From the NCBI GenBank assembly GCA_039934535.1, contig JBDTLY010000001.1, forward strand, positions 1 to 40,388: 40,388 nucleotides of DNA, in the 5' to 3' direction. Within the stretch, counting starts at the first letter, position 1. Each line of letters opens with the position of its first letter. Source of the stretch: Casimicrobiaceae bacterium. GTDB taxonomy: Bacteria; Pseudomonadota; Gammaproteobacteria; Burkholderiales; Casimicrobiaceae. The translations under genes were made by a program, and so were the position numbers. The notes beneath the pieces were generated by a model that had not been told where the DNA came from, ran no database searches, and saw only the letters and a program-made list of their open reading frames with translations. Of this stretch, positions 8,238 to 19,432 are shown one piece after another.

Positions 8238-10168
8238 TGCGACACTGGAATCTCACTCGCGACGCCGACGGCTTCGCGCGCCTCACGTTCGACAAGGCCG
8301 ACGCGACGACCAACACGCTGTCGCGCGACGCGCTCGCGGAGCTCAACGAGGCGCTGGATCTTCTCGATCGCGATCCGCCCAAAGGCCTCGTCGTCGATTC
8401 CGGAAAGGCGAACGGGTTCATCGCGGGCGCCGATGTCGACGAATTCCGCACGGTCAAATCCGAAGATGATGCCGTGGCGATCGTCAAGCGCGGCTGGGAC
8501 ACGTTCGAGCGCCTCGCCGCCGTCAAGTACCCGACGCTGGCGCTCGTCCGCGGCTTTTGCCTCGGCGGCGGCTTCGAGCTCGCGCTCGCTTGTCGCTATC
8601 GCGTGGTCGTCGACGAGCCCGGCACAAGGCTCGGATTGCCGGAAGTGATGCTGGGCATCGTTCCCGGATGGGGCGGGATGAAGCGCCTGCCGCGGGTCGC
8701 TGGCGCGCCGGCGGCGCTCGACCTCATGCTGACCGGCAAGACGATCGACGCGCGCCGCGCGAAGAAGCTCGGCATCGCCGACGAGTGCGTGCCGCCGCGT
8801 GTCGTGGAAAATACGGTACGCGGCCTGCTGACCACGCTGCCGCCGCCGCGCACGCTGCCCTTCCCGCTGTCGCTGACGCTGGCGGGGCCGGTGCGCCGCA
8901 TCATCGCCGCGCAGGCCGCGAAGCAGGTCGCGAAACGCGCGCGCCGCGAGCACTACCCGGCGCCGTACGCGATCCTCGACATCTGGGCGAAGCATGACGG
9001 CAATGCGCTCGCCGTGCCGCCGTCCGACCCCGCCTCCGTCCCGTCGCTCCTCAAGACGCCCACGGCGGGAAACCTGATCCGCGTGTTCGGGCTGCAGGAG
9101 CGTTTGAAGTCGCTCGGCAAGGCGGGCGATTTCAACGCGGTGCGGGTGCATGTCGTCGGCGCGGGCACGATGGGCGGGGACATCGCCGCGTGGTGCGCGC
9201 TGCGCGGCCTGACCGTCACGCTGCAGGACCAGAACGCGGAGCGGCTGGTGCAGGCGATGGCGCGGGCGGCGAAATTGTTCGCGCAGCGCCTGAAGGATCC
9301 GCTGCGCGTGCGCGATGCGACGGATCGGCTCATCCCCGACGTCGCCGGCGCCGGCATAGCTCGCGCCGACGTGATCATCGAGGCGATCTTCGAGAACCTC
9401 GACGCCAAGCGCAGCCTGTTCGCGGCGCTCGAATCGAAGGCGAAGCCCGGTGCGATCCTCGCGACCAACACGTCGAGCATTCCGTTGGAGGAGATCGCGA
9501 CGGCGATGCGCGACCCCGCGCGCCTCATCGGGGTCCACTTCTTCAATCCGGTGCCGCAGATGATGCTGGTCGAGATCGTCGTCGGCAGCAACACGCGCGC
9601 GGACCTCGTGCCGCATGCCGCCGCGTTCGTGCGCCAGATCGACAAGCTGCCGCTGCCGGTGAAGAGCGCGCCCGGGTTTCTCGTGAACCGGGTGCTGGGG
9701 CCCTACCTGATGGCGGCAATGCGCTGCGTGGACGAAGGCATCGCGCCGGAGACGGTCGACGAGGCCGCGCTGGCGTTCGGGATGCCGATGGGTCCCGTCG
9801 AGCTCGCCGACACGGTCGGTCTCGACATCTGCATGGCCGTCGGCACGATGCTTTCGCCCGGTGTCGAGCCGCCCGCGAAGCTGAAGGCGCTGGTCGACGC
9901 CGGCCACCTCGGAAAGAAGACGAAGAAGGGGTTCTACGACTGGACGTCGGGCAAGGCCGCGAAACAGCCGGCCGGCGCCGTTCCCGCGGGACTGGCGGAC
10001 CGGCTCGTCGGCCCGTTCGTCGCGGAAGCCCGTGCAGCACTGGCCGACGGCATCGTGGCCGATGCCGATCTCGTTGATGCGGGCGCGATCTTCGGCACGG
10101 GATTCGCCCCGTTCCGCGGCGGCCCGCTCCATTACGCCGAAAGCACCACCGCGCCTGCTTCGACCTGA
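8234..10168 (+). CDS. Bifunctional enoyl-CoA hydratase / 3-hydroxyacyl-CoA dehydrogenase (FadJ/FadB-like, hydratase domain first)
   Basis: Starts MMRHWNLTRDADGFARLTF. A crotonase fold comes first (FIAGADVDEF, LGGGFELALAC). An NAD Rossmann domain follows (VHVVGAGTMGGDIAAW). The ATG overlaps the thiolase stop (ATGA). Confidence 0.9.
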   Translation: MMRHWNLTRDADGFARLTFDKADATTNTLSRDALAELNEALDLLDRDPPKGLVVDSGKANGFIAGADVDEFRTVKSEDDAVAIVKRGWDTFERLAAVKYPTLALVRGFCLGGGFELALACRYRVVVDEPGTRLGLPEVMLGIVPGWGGMKRLPRVAGAPAALDLMLTGKTIDARRAKKLGIADECVPPRVVENTVRGLLTTLPPPRTLPFPLSLTLAGPVRRIIAAQAAKQVAKRARREHYPAPYAILDIWAKHDGNALAVPPSDPASVPSLLKTPTAGNLIRVFGLQERLKSLGKAGDFNAVRVHVVGAGTMGGDIAAWCALRGLTVTLQDQNAERLVQAMARAAKLFAQRLKDPLRVRDATDRLIPDVAGAGIARADVIIEAIFENLDAKRSLFAALESKAKPGAILATNTSSIPLEEIATAMRDPARLIGVHFFNPVPQMMLVEIVVGSNTRADLVPHAAAFVRQIDKLPLPVKSAPGFLVNRVLGPYLMAAMRCVDEGIAPETVDEAALAFGMPMGPVELADTVGLDICMAVGTMLSPGVEPPAKLKALVDAGHLGKKTKKGFYDWTSGKAAKQPAGAVPAGLADRLVGPFVAEARAALADGIVADADLVDAGAIFGTGFAPFRGGPLHYAESTTAPAST

Positions 10169-10327
10169 GTGATCGCGCGACCCGCCGTGCGGCGGGTGTC
10201 CGGGCCTGTGCTTGGTGTACGATTTCGTCCCTGCGCCAAGGGCTGGGGAAAAAAGCGAAAGTGCAGGGCGTCCGGAATCCGTCGGGCGCACGATGGCGGT
10301 TCGCCGCAGCATTGGAGGAGGGGCATC

Positions 10328-12007
10328 GTGGAAAGGATCTGGCTCAAGCACTATCCGAAGGGCATTCCGGCGGAAATCGACGTCAACGAGTACGCGTCGC
10401 TGCGCGACGTGTTCGACGAAAGCGTCGCCAAGTTCGCGACGCGTCCGGCTTTCACGTGCATGGGCAAGTCGATCACGTTCGGCGAGCTCGACACGCTGTC
10501 GACGGCGTTCGCGGTATGGCTGCAGGCGAATGGCTGCCGCAAGGGCACGCGCGTGGCGCTGATGATGCCCAACATCCTGCAGTACCCTGTGTGCCTGTTC
10601 GGGATCCTGCGCGCCGGCGGCACCGTCGTGAACGTGAATCCGCTGTATACGGCGCGCGAACTCGAGCACCAGTTGAACGACTCCGGCGCCGAGGTGATCG
10701 TCGTCGTCGAGAACTTCGCGCACACCGTGCAGGAAGTCGCCGCGAAGACCAGGATGCGGCACGTCATCGTCACCAGCATCGGCGAAATGCTGGGATTCAA
10801 GGGGCTGATCGTCGATTTCGTGCTGCGGCACGTGAAGAAGATGGTGCCGGCGTGGAGCCTGCCGGGCTCGCTCCGGCTGTCCGACGTGCTGGCCGAGGGC
10901 CGGCGTGGAAAGCTCGAGCGCGTACCGCTCGGGCACGACGACCTCGCGTTCCTGCAGTACACGGGCGGCACGACCGGCGTGGCGAAGGGCGCGATGCTGC
11001 TGCACCGGAACATCGTGGCCAACCTGCTGCAGGCGCGCGCATGGGTGCGGCCGTTCCTCGGCGCGGAGGGCGGCGAGATCATCATCACGCCGCTGCCGCT
11101 CTACCATATCTTCTCGCTCACGGCGAACTGCCTCGTGTTCATGACGCTCGGCGCCGAGAACGTGCTGATCACCAATCCGCGCGACATTCCCGGCTTCGTG
11201 AAGGAGATGGCGCGCCACAAGTTCACCGCGTTCACCGGCGTCAACACGCTGTTCAACGCGCTCGTCAACAACCCGGATTTCGCGAAACTCGACTTCTCGA
11301 CACTGCGCATGACGCTGGGCGGCGGCATGGCCGTGCAGGAGGCAGTCGCGATCAAGTGGAAGGAGGTCACCGGGTGTCCGCTGATCGAGGCCTACGGGCT
11401 CACGGAGACGTCGCCGGGGGCCACGATCAATCCACTCGACCTGCCCGCGTACAACGGCACGATCGGCCTGCCGCTCCCGTCGACCGAGGTCGTCCTGCGT
11501 GACGACGACGGCAAGACCGTGGCGCAGGGCCTGCCCGGCGAGATCTGCATCCGCGGGCCGCAGGTGATGGCCGGCTACTGGAACCGCCCGGACGAGACGG
11601 CAATGGTGATGGACGACGACGGCTGGCTCGCCACGGGCGACATCGGCATCATGGACGAGCGCGGGTTCATCAAGATCGTCGACCGCAAGAAGGACATGAT
11701 CCTGGTCTCCGGATTCAACGTGTACCCGAACGAGATCGAGGCGGTCGTCGCGATGCATCCCGGCGTGCTCGAGTGCGCGGCGGTCGGGCTGCCGGACGCG
11801 AAGTCGGGCGAGGCGGTGAAGCTCTTCGTCGTGAAGAAGGACGAGAGCCTGACCGCGGAGTCGGTGATGCAGCACTGTCGCGAGCATCTCACGGGGTACA
11901 AGTGCCCGCGCGACGTGGAATTCCGCAAGGACCTGCCGAAGACCAACGTGGGCAAGATCCTGCGGCGGGAGCTGCGCGACGAGATGAAGCGCAAGGCCGC
12001 GGCGTAG
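10328..12007 (+). CDS. fadD: Long-chain-fatty-acid--CoA ligase
   Basis: GTG start preceded by GGAGGAGGGG. N-terminus (M)[32 protein letters not shown] parallels E. coli FadD. The AMP-binding motif [12 protein letters not shown] is present, and the C-terminus has [14 protein letters not shown]. Confidence 0.9.
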   Translation: MERIWLKHYPKGIPAEIDVNEYASLRDVFDESVAKFATRPAFTCMGKSITFGELDTLSTAFAVWLQANGCRKGTRVALMMPNILQYPVCLFGILRAGGTVVNVNPLYTARELEHQLNDSGAEVIVVVENFAHTVQEVAAKTRMRHVIVTSIGEMLGFKGLIVDFVLRHVKKMVPAWSLPGSLRLSDVLAEGRRGKLERVPLGHDDLAFLQYTGGTTGVAKGAMLLHRNIVANLLQARAWVRPFLGAEGGEIIITPLPLYHIFSLTANCLVFMTLGAENVLITNPRDIPGFVKEMARHKFTAFTGVNTLFNALVNNPDFAKLDFSTLRMTLGGGMAVQEAVAIKWKEVTGCPLIEAYGLTETSPGATINPLDLPAYNGTIGLPLPSTEVVLRDDDGKTVAQGLPGEICIRGPQVMAGYWNRPDETAMVMDDDGWLATGDIGIMDERGFIKIVDRKKDMILVSGFNVYPNEIEAVVAMHPGVLECAAVGLPDAKSGEAVKLFVVKKDESLTAESVMQHCREHLTGYKCPRDVEFRKDLPKTNVGKILRRELRDEMKRKAAA

Positions 12008-12031
12008 CGGCGCCTCGCGGCAGGGTAACGC

Positions 12032-12424
12032 ATGACCGTTTCCGTGGCGCTTCCCGAGCGCGCGCCGATGCTGCGCGTCGTGCCGATGCCGGCCGACGCG
12101 AACCAGCACGGTGACATCTTTGGCGGCTGGGTGATGTCGCAGGTCGACATCGCTGGCGGCGTGCTCGCGGCCCAGCGCGCGCGCGGCCGCGTGGCGACGG
12201 TCGCGGTGAACTCGTTCGTGTTCAAGCAGCCGGTGCTGATCGGCGACGTGGTGAGCTTCTATTCGACGATCGTGAAGGTCGGCCGGACGTCGATCACGGT
12301 CGACGTCGAGGTGTACGCGCAGCGCAATCCGAGGGATGTGATCTGCGTCAAGGTGACCGAGGCCAGCCTGACCTATGTTGCGGTCGGGCCTGACCGGAAA
12401 CCGCGGGAAATCCCCCCGGAATGA
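12032..12424 (+). CDS. Acyl-CoA thioesterase (hotdog fold, YciA-like)
   Basis: 130-aa ORF containing MPADANQHGDIFGGWVMSQVDIAGG and FKQPVLIGDVVSFYSTIVKVGRTSITVDVEV. Confidence 0.85.
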   Translation: MTVSVALPERAPMLRVVPMPADANQHGDIFGGWVMSQVDIAGGVLAAQRARGRVATVAVNSFVFKQPVLIGDVVSFYSTIVKVGRTSITVDVEVYAQRNPRDVICVKVTEASLTYVAVGPDRKPREIPPE

Positions 12425-12632
12425 CCGCCTTCGGGCGGGATGGCCCAAAAACAACACCCTCCGCCGCCGTCGGGACCTGCGAGGGGTGCGGGGCTCCGCC
12501 CGGGAGTGTATAGTTTTAGAGGTCGAATCGCGCCGGAGGCGGATTTCCGGCAAGTGCCAAAAAACACAAAAGCGCCACGCGCGCCCGACGTTCGGGTTCT
12601 CGCGGCCAGCGCCACAAAAGGAGAGATCTGCC

Positions 12633-14093
12633 ATGAACACCCCCTTCGTTCGCACCCGTATTGCGGTGGCGGTCGCCAGTGTCGCGCTCACGCTCGGCGC
12701 GGGCCAGGCCTTCGGCGCGGCCTTCGCGTTGCAGGAAAGCTCCGGTAGCGGCCTCGGCAACTCGTATGCAGGCGGCGCCGCCGCGGCCGAGGACGCCGCG
12801 ACGGTCTGGTCGAACCCCGCCGGCATGTCGAGGATCACGACCAACCAGCTCGTCTCCGGGATCAGCTGGATCAGGCCGTCGAACAAGTTCAGCGACGGCG
12901 GCTCGCTGCCCGCGCTCGCGTGCCCGCCGCAGCTGTGCCCGCCCGGCGGACAGTTCCAGCCGCTTGGAGGCACGGGTGGCGATGCGGGCGGCAACAACTT
13001 CGTGCCGTACGGCTACATCGTCGTCCCGATCAACAACAAATTGTCGTTCGGCCTCGGCATCACAGTGCCGTTCGGGCTCGTGACAGAGTACGACGACGGC
13101 TGGATCGGCCGCTACCAGGCCCTCAAGTCCGACATCAAGACGTACAACGTCAACCCGGCCCTCTCGTGGAAGGTCACCGACAACGTCGCGATCGCCGGGG
13201 GGGTCAACTACCAGCAGATCAAGGCGACGCTCACCGCGAACGTGAACTACTCCGGCGCGCTGGCGCAGGCCGCGGGCGCGGCGGTGGCCGCCGGCCAGAT
13301 TTCGGCGGCGACGGCGGGCGCCCTGCTGTCGCAGACCAAGGGCCTCGACTCGTTCTCGTCCGTGACCGGCGACGACTACAGCTGGGGATGGAACGTGGGC
13401 ATCCTGGCCGACCTCGACAAGAACAACCGCTTCGGCGTCGCGTACCGCTCGGACATCAAGTACGACGTGTCGGGCAACGTGTCGTTCAGCAATCCGTCGC
13501 TGCCGACGCTCGTGCCGCCGCAGCTCATTCCGGTAGGCGCGCTGCTGTCCGGCGCGGTCAACAGCCAGGCGCTCTTCAACAGCGGCGTGACCTCGAGCAT
13601 CAAGCTGCCCGCCATCGCCAACTTCTCCTGGTTCGGTCATGTGTCGGATCGCTGGGACATCATGGCCGACGTCCAGTGGACGCACTGGTCGACGATCAAG
13701 GACCTCACGTTCGTGCGCAGCACAGGTGCAATCCTGCAGAGCACGCCGGAGAACTTCAAGGATTCGTGGCGCTATGCGCTCGGCGCGAACTATCAGTACA
13801 ACAACCAGTGGAAGTTCCGCATGGGCGTCGCGTACGACCAGACCCCGGTGCAGGATGTCGACCGCACCGCCCGCCTGCCGGACAACGACCGGACCTGGGT
13901 TTCGGGCGGCGTGCAATACGCGATGTCGCCTGCGATCAAGCTCGATTTCGGCGCCGCTTACATCTGGGTGAAAAACTCCTCGATCGCGCAAGTCGCGAAG
14001 ACGCCGACCAGCATCGCGCAATACGGATATCTCAGCGGCGACTACAACAGCAACGTCGTGATCGTCTCGGGCCAGGTGACCATGAATTTCTGA
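12633..14093 (+). CDS. fadL: Long-chain fatty acid outer-membrane channel (FadL/OmpP1/TodX family)
   Basis: Internal ATG preceded by AAAGGAGAG. The signal peptide is MNTPFVRTRIAVAVASVALTLGAGQAFG. It is followed by the family N-terminal hatch AAFALQESSGSGLGNSYAGGAA. The rest looks like a beta-barrel and ends in the aromatic terminus VTMNF. Confidence 0.9.
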   Translation: MNTPFVRTRIAVAVASVALTLGAGQAFGAAFALQESSGSGLGNSYAGGAAAAEDAATVWSNPAGMSRITTNQLVSGISWIRPSNKFSDGGSLPALACPPQLCPPGGQFQPLGGTGGDAGGNNFVPYGYIVVPINNKLSFGLGITVPFGLVTEYDDGWIGRYQALKSDIKTYNVNPALSWKVTDNVAIAGGVNYQQIKATLTANVNYSGALAQAAGAAVAAGQISAATAGALLSQTKGLDSFSSVTGDDYSWGWNVGILADLDKNNRFGVAYRSDIKYDVSGNVSFSNPSLPTLVPPQLIPVGALLSGAVNSQALFNSGVTSSIKLPAIANFSWFGHVSDRWDIMADVQWTHWSTIKDLTFVRSTGAILQSTPENFKDSWRYALGANYQYNNQWKFRMGVAYDQTPVQDVDRTARLPDNDRTWVSGGVQYAMSPAIKLDFGAAYIWVKNSSIAQVAKTPTSIAQYGYLSGDYNSNVVIVSGQVTMNF

Positions 14094-14134
14094 CGGGCCG
14101 GCGCCCCGTCCCGACAGGACCAGCAGCACAGCGC

Positions 14135-14167
14135 GGCGCGGTCGGAACCTTCCGGCCGCGCCGTTTT
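14135..14167 (+). terminator. Rho-independent terminator after fadL
   Basis: GGCGCGGTCGG-AACCTT-CCGGCCGCGCC forms an 11-bp stem with one U-G pair. GTTTT follows. Confidence 0.5.
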
Positions 14168-14215
14168 CATCCCGGCGCGCGACTGGACGGGAATTTCCGA
14201 CGCAGCGGGCAATTC

Positions 14216-16612
14216 ATGACCTCCTCCCCGTTTCTCGTGCGCAAGGCCGCCGTGCTCGGCGCCGGCGTGATGGGCGCGCAGATTGCCGCCCACCTCGTCA
14301 ACGCCGGCGTTCCCGTCGTCCTGTTCGACCTCGCGGCAAAGGAAGGCGACCCGAACGGCATCGTCAACAAGGCGCTCGCGGGCCTCGCGAAACTCGAGCC
14401 GTCGCCGCTCGCGACCGCCGACCGCGCTGCCTACATCGACGCCGCGAACTACGATCACGACCTCGCGCGACTCGCCGAATGCGACCTCGTGATCGAGGCC
14501 ATCGCCGAGCGGATGGACTGGAAGCGCGACCTCTATGCGAAGATCGGGCCGCATATCGCGCCGCACGCGATCGTCGCCTCCAACACGTCCGGGCTGTCGA
14601 TCAACGCGCTCGCCGCCGCGCTTCCCGCGGCGCTGCGCACGCGCTTCTGCGGGATCCATTTCTTCAATCCGCCGCGGTACATGCATCTCGTCGAGCTGAT
14701 TGCGCAGGACGCGACGGCCCCGGCGCTCATGGACGCGCTGGAGACCTTTGTCGTCACCACGCTCGGCAAGGGCGTCGTGCGCGCGAAGGACACGCCGAAC
14801 TTCGTCGCCAATCGCGTCGGCATCTTTTCGATGCTGGCGACGATGGCGCACACCGAAACGTACGGCCTCGGATTCGACGTCGTCGACGCGCTGACCGGGC
14901 CGGCCATCGGCCGCGCGAAGAGCGCTACGTACCGCACGGCCGACGTGGTCGGCCTCGACACCATGGCGCACGTGATCAAGACGATGCAGGACACGCTGCC
15001 GGACGATCCATGGCACCTGCTGTTTCGCGCGCCGCCCGTGGTCGCGGGCCTGATCGCGCAAGGCGCGCTCGGGCAGAAGACGCGCGCGGGCTTCTTTCGC
15101 AAGGTCGGCAAGGACATCGAGGTGCTCGACCCGGCCGCGCGCGCCTATCGAAAGTCCGCGGGCGTCATCGATCCCGCGGTGGCCGAAATCCTGGCGCTGA
15201 AGCATCCGGGCGAGCGATTCTCGAAGCTCCGCGCGAATCCGCACCCGCAGGCGCAATTCCTCTGGGCGATCTTCCGCGACCTGTTCCACTACGCGGCGTT
15301 TCACCTGGCGGCGATCGCCGACAACGCGCGCGACGTCGACCTCGCGCTGCGCTGGGGCTTCGGCTGGGCGATGGGTCCGTTCGAGATCTGGCAGGCGGCG
15401 GGGTGGAAGGACGTCGCGGGATGGATCGCGGAAGACATCGCGGCCGGCAAATCGCTCGTCAACGCGCCGCTGCCGGCATGGGTGAGCGAAGGTCCGGCTG
15501 CCGCGGGCGTGCACACGCCGGCCGGGGCCTGGAGCGCATCGGCCATGACGTTCCAACCGCGCTCGACGCTTCCGGTTTACGCGCGCCAGGCATTTCCGGA
15601 CCCTGTACTAGGCGAGCGGTGGCCGACCGGCACGACGATCATGGAAACGCCGGCGGTGCGCCTGTGGCACCTTGGGGATGACATCGGAATCGTTTCGTTC
15701 AAGAGCAAGGCCAACACCATCGGCGAAGACGTTCTGGACGGAATCCAGGCCGCCATCGAGCGCGCCGAGCGCGAATGCGCGGGGCTCGTGCTCTGGCAGA
15801 CGAAGGAGCCGTTTTCGCTCGGCGCCAATCTTGCAGCAATCGAGCCGGCGATTCATGCCGGGCAGTGGAGCGTGATCGAAGCGACGGTCGCGAAGTTCCA
15901 GCAGACCTCGCTCAGGTTCCGCTACAGCCTCGTGCCGACGGTCGCCGCCGTGCGCGGCATGGCGCTCGGCGGGTCGTGCGAGTTCATCCTGCACTGCGAC
16001 CGGACCGTGGCGGCGCTCGAGTCGTATATCGGCCTCGTCGAGGCGGGCGTCGGCCTGCTGCCGGGCGGCGGCGGCTGCAAGGAAATCGCCGTGCGCGCGG
16101 CGCAGGACGTTGCCCGCGGCGCGGTCGGCAGCCAGCTCGACCAGCTGCCGTTCCTGCGGACGTATTTCCAGACCGTGGCGATGGCCAAGGTGTCGCGCAG
16201 CGCAAGCGAGGCCAGGGAACTCGGTTTCCTGCGCCCCGCCGATATCGTGATCTTCAACGCGTTCGAGCTGCTGCACGTGGCGCGGGCGACGGCTCGGTCG
16301 CTCGCGGAAGCCGGCTACCGGCCGCCGCTGTCGCCGCGCAACGTCCCGGTCGCCGGCCGGACCGGCATCGCCACGCTCGAGATGATGCTCGTCAACATGC
16401 GCGACGGCGGCTTCATCTCGGCGTACGACTTCGAGATCGGCTTGCGCATCGCGCGGGTGATGTGTGGCGGCGAGGTCGACGCGGGCAGCCTCGTCGACGA
16501 GAAATGGCTGCTCGACCTCGAGCGTGCCGAATTCATGGCGCTCCTCGGGAATGCGAAAACGCAGGAGCGCATCTCGCATACGCTGAAGACCGGCAAGCCG
16601 CTGCGGAACTAG
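14216..16612 (+). CDS. 3-hydroxyacyl-CoA dehydrogenase / enoyl-CoA hydratase fusion (FadN type, dehydrogenase domain first)
   Basis: Starts MTSSPFLVRKAAVLGAGVMGAQIAAHLVNAGVPVVLFD (Rossmann fold at the N-terminus). A crotonase-like region lies in the C-terminal third (VAAVRGMALGGSCEFILHCD...GLVEAGVGLLPGGGG). About 798 aa, in frame with track ORF 12920..16612. Confidence 0.88.
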   Translation: MTSSPFLVRKAAVLGAGVMGAQIAAHLVNAGVPVVLFDLAAKEGDPNGIVNKALAGLAKLEPSPLATADRAAYIDAANYDHDLARLAECDLVIEAIAERMDWKRDLYAKIGPHIAPHAIVASNTSGLSINALAAALPAALRTRFCGIHFFNPPRYMHLVELIAQDATAPALMDALETFVVTTLGKGVVRAKDTPNFVANRVGIFSMLATMAHTETYGLGFDVVDALTGPAIGRAKSATYRTADVVGLDTMAHVIKTMQDTLPDDPWHLLFRAPPVVAGLIAQGALGQKTRAGFFRKVGKDIEVLDPAARAYRKSAGVIDPAVAEILALKHPGERFSKLRANPHPQAQFLWAIFRDLFHYAAFHLAAIADNARDVDLALRWGFGWAMGPFEIWQAAGWKDVAGWIAEDIAAGKSLVNAPLPAWVSEGPAAAGVHTPAGAWSASAMTFQPRSTLPVYARQAFPDPVLGERWPTGTTIMETPAVRLWHLGDDIGIVSFKSKANTIGEDVLDGIQAAIERAERECAGLVLWQTKEPFSLGANLAAIEPAIHAGQWSVIEATVAKFQQTSLRFRYSLVPTVAAVRGMALGGSCEFILHCDRTVAALESYIGLVEAGVGLLPGGGGCKEIAVRAAQDVARGAVGSQLDQLPFLRTYFQTVAMAKVSRSASEARELGFLRPADIVIFNAFELLHVARATARSLAEAGYRPPLSPRNVPVAGRTGIATLEMMLVNMRDGGFISAYDFEIGLRIARVMCGGEVDAGSLVDEKWLLDLERAEFMALLGNAKTQERISHTLKTGKPLRN

Positions 16613-16621
16613 GGAATCGCC

Positions 16622-17818
<1,197 letters not shown>

Positions 17819-17842
17819 CTCGCGATCAACCGTGGAGAAATC

Positions 17843-18403
17843 ATGATACGAAAATTCGTCATTCTATTCGCATTCTGTATCGCATCGGTGCCGGCATTCG
17901 CGGCGGAAGTCGCCGGCGTCAAGCTCGACGACAAGATGTCGCTGGGCGGCCAGGAGCTCGTGCTGAACGGCGCGGGCATCCGCACCAAGGCGATCTTCAA
18001 GGTCTACGTAGGCAGTCTGTACGTGCCGGCGAAGGCGACAACCGCCGCGGCGGTGTACGCAAAGGCGCCGCGCCGCGTCCAGCTCAACATGCTGCGCGAC
18101 GTGGGCTCGGACGCGATGATCGAAGCACTGGCCGACGGCGTGAAACAGGGCAACTCCGCTGCCGACGCCGCGGCGTTGAAGGGCGAGACCGATCAGCTCG
18201 CCGCGATCATGAAGTCGATCGGCCCGCTGAAGGAAGGCAATGTCCTCGCGTTCGACTTCGTCGACGGCGCGACGAAGGTCAGCCTCAACGGAACCGAGAA
18301 GGGCAAGATTCCCGGCGACGCGTTCAACAAGGGGCTGATGAACGCGTGGCTCGGCGACAACCCGGTCCAGTCCGACCTCAAGAAGGCTATGTTGGGCGGC
18401 TGA
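17843..18403 (+). CDS. Exported chalcone isomerase-fold family protein
   Basis: 186-aa ORF with signal peptide MIRKFVILFAFCIASVPAFA|AE. The CHI-like pattern follows (VAGVKLDD...LVLNGAGIRTKAIFKVYVGSLYVP...GDAFNKGLMNAWLGDNPV). It starts 24 nt after the thiolase stop. Confidence 0.75.
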   Translation: MIRKFVILFAFCIASVPAFAAEVAGVKLDDKMSLGGQELVLNGAGIRTKAIFKVYVGSLYVPAKATTAAAVYAKAPRRVQLNMLRDVGSDAMIEALADGVKQGNSAADAAALKGETDQLAAIMKSIGPLKEGNVLAFDFVDGATKVSLNGTEKGKIPGDAFNKGLMNAWLGDNPVQSDLKKAMLGG

Positions 18404-19416
18404 TGCCGGATTTCTGGCGCGCCTGCGGCTACCGGCTGCTCACGACCGGCACGGACGGGCGCCTCACGCTCACCGACGATTTCCTGCGCGCCTCGCTGCT
18501 GCGTCCCGAGCTGGCGCCGGTGCCGGAGTCGTGCGCGGCCGAACTTGCGCTGCACGACACGCTGATGACGGCGCCGCGCGGCGCGGTGCGTGACGCGGAG
18601 CTGGCAGCGCTCGCGGACCCGGACATCCGCGAGAACTACGCGATCTGGCTGCGCTTTCGCGGGCGCCTGACGGCGGCGCCGTCGCTCGAGGCGGCGTACA
18701 CCGCGCTGTTCAAGGATGGCGTCGACGTGCCGCCGCTGATGGTCCAGCAATTGACCGAGGTGTTGCTCCGGCATTTGCTGGGCGAAGGCGCCGATCCGAT
18801 GGAGGCGCGCGTCGCCGAGATGTTGTTCCGGCCGCAGCGGATCGCGGTGCGCGAGGACGGCGCCGTGATGTCGGCGGACGAATTGACGGTCGAGCTGCAT
18901 TCGACGACCGGCGGCTTCGGAAGCCTGGGCGAGCTGCTCCAGCAAAACCGGGTGCCGACGCGCACGGTCGACCTCGACGTCCTTGACGAGAGTAACGCCG
19001 CCACCTACTGGGAACGCGACGAGCGCCACGATCTCGCGGTCAGCGTCAACCGGGGGCGCCCCGCGCTCGCCGCGCTGTGCCGCGTCCTCGAGCGCTGGAT
19101 TGCGCACTTCCTCGGTGTCGGGGTTTCCATCGAGCCGAAGCGCGAGATAGACGACAAGCGCTGGGTCTGGCACGTCGGCCTGGATGCCGAGGCCAGCGCG
19201 CTCCTGAACGATCTGTACAACCGCGCCGACGTGGACGAGGAACGAATGGGCCGGCTCCTTTGTCTGTTCGAACTGACGTTCAGGAATCCGGCCGACATGC
19301 GTCCGGCCATCGCCGGGCGGCCGGTCTACCTCGCGATGGCGATGGACCCCGATTCCAGGCTCAAGCTGAAGCCGCAGAACCTGCTCCTCAACCTGCCGCT
19401 CGCGCGGCCGCAATGA
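18403..19416 (+). CDS. Conserved hypothetical protein (DUF6352-like), no signal peptide or TM segment
   Basis: Starts MPDFWRACGYRLLTTGTDGRLTLTDDFLRASLLRPELAPV, in frame with track ORF 15775..19416. The ATG overlaps the CHI-like stop (TGATG). The family name is from memory. Confidence 0.7.
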   Translation: MPDFWRACGYRLLTTGTDGRLTLTDDFLRASLLRPELAPVPESCAAELALHDTLMTAPRGAVRDAELAALADPDIRENYAIWLRFRGRLTAAPSLEAAYTALFKDGVDVPPLMVQQLTEVLLRHLLGEGADPMEARVAEMLFRPQRIAVREDGAVMSADELTVELHSTTGGFGSLGELLQQNRVPTRTVDLDVLDESNAATYWERDERHDLAVSVNRGRPALAALCRVLERWIAHFLGVGVSIEPKREIDDKRWVWHVGLDAEASALLNDLYNRADVDEERMGRLLCLFELTFRNPADMRPAIAGRPVYLAMAMDPDSRLKLKPQNLLLNLPLARPQ

Positions 19417-19432
19417 ACCCGATGCTTCCTCG

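Noticed and set aside
10180-10197. GC-rich hairpins after the hydratase/dehydrogenase gene (ACCCGCC-GTGC-GGCGGGT) and after the thioesterase gene (CCGCC-TTCG-GGCGG at about 12426..12439) as terminators
   Set aside because: Neither is followed by a U-tract. They may be mRNA-stabilising stems or chance structures in GC-rich DNA. I did not annotate them as terminators.
12509-12514. TATAGT (preceded by TG) upstream of fadL as a promoter -10 element
   Set aside because: There is no acceptable -35 hexamer at 16-19 nt, so the support is too weak to list as a feature. fadL may still have its own promoter in the 208-nt gap.
7913-12997. A 1694-aa minus-strand ORF spanning the thiolase, hydratase/dehydrogenase, fadD, thioesterase and the 5' part of fadL
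   Set aside because: It is antisense to five genes with strong family signatures. Its translation is Arg/Ala/Gly/Pro/His-rich low-complexity sequence with no recognisable domain. This is the typical stop-free shadow frame of high-GC DNA.
12920-16612. Very long plus-strand track ORFs (12920..16612, 15775..19416, 5562..8237, 7769..10168) that would suggest giant fusion proteins
   Set aside because: Only the 3' portions are real genes. The 5' portions are out-of-frame read-through across the preceding gene. Internal start codons with SD sequences or ATGA/TGATG coupling give proteins of canonical length.
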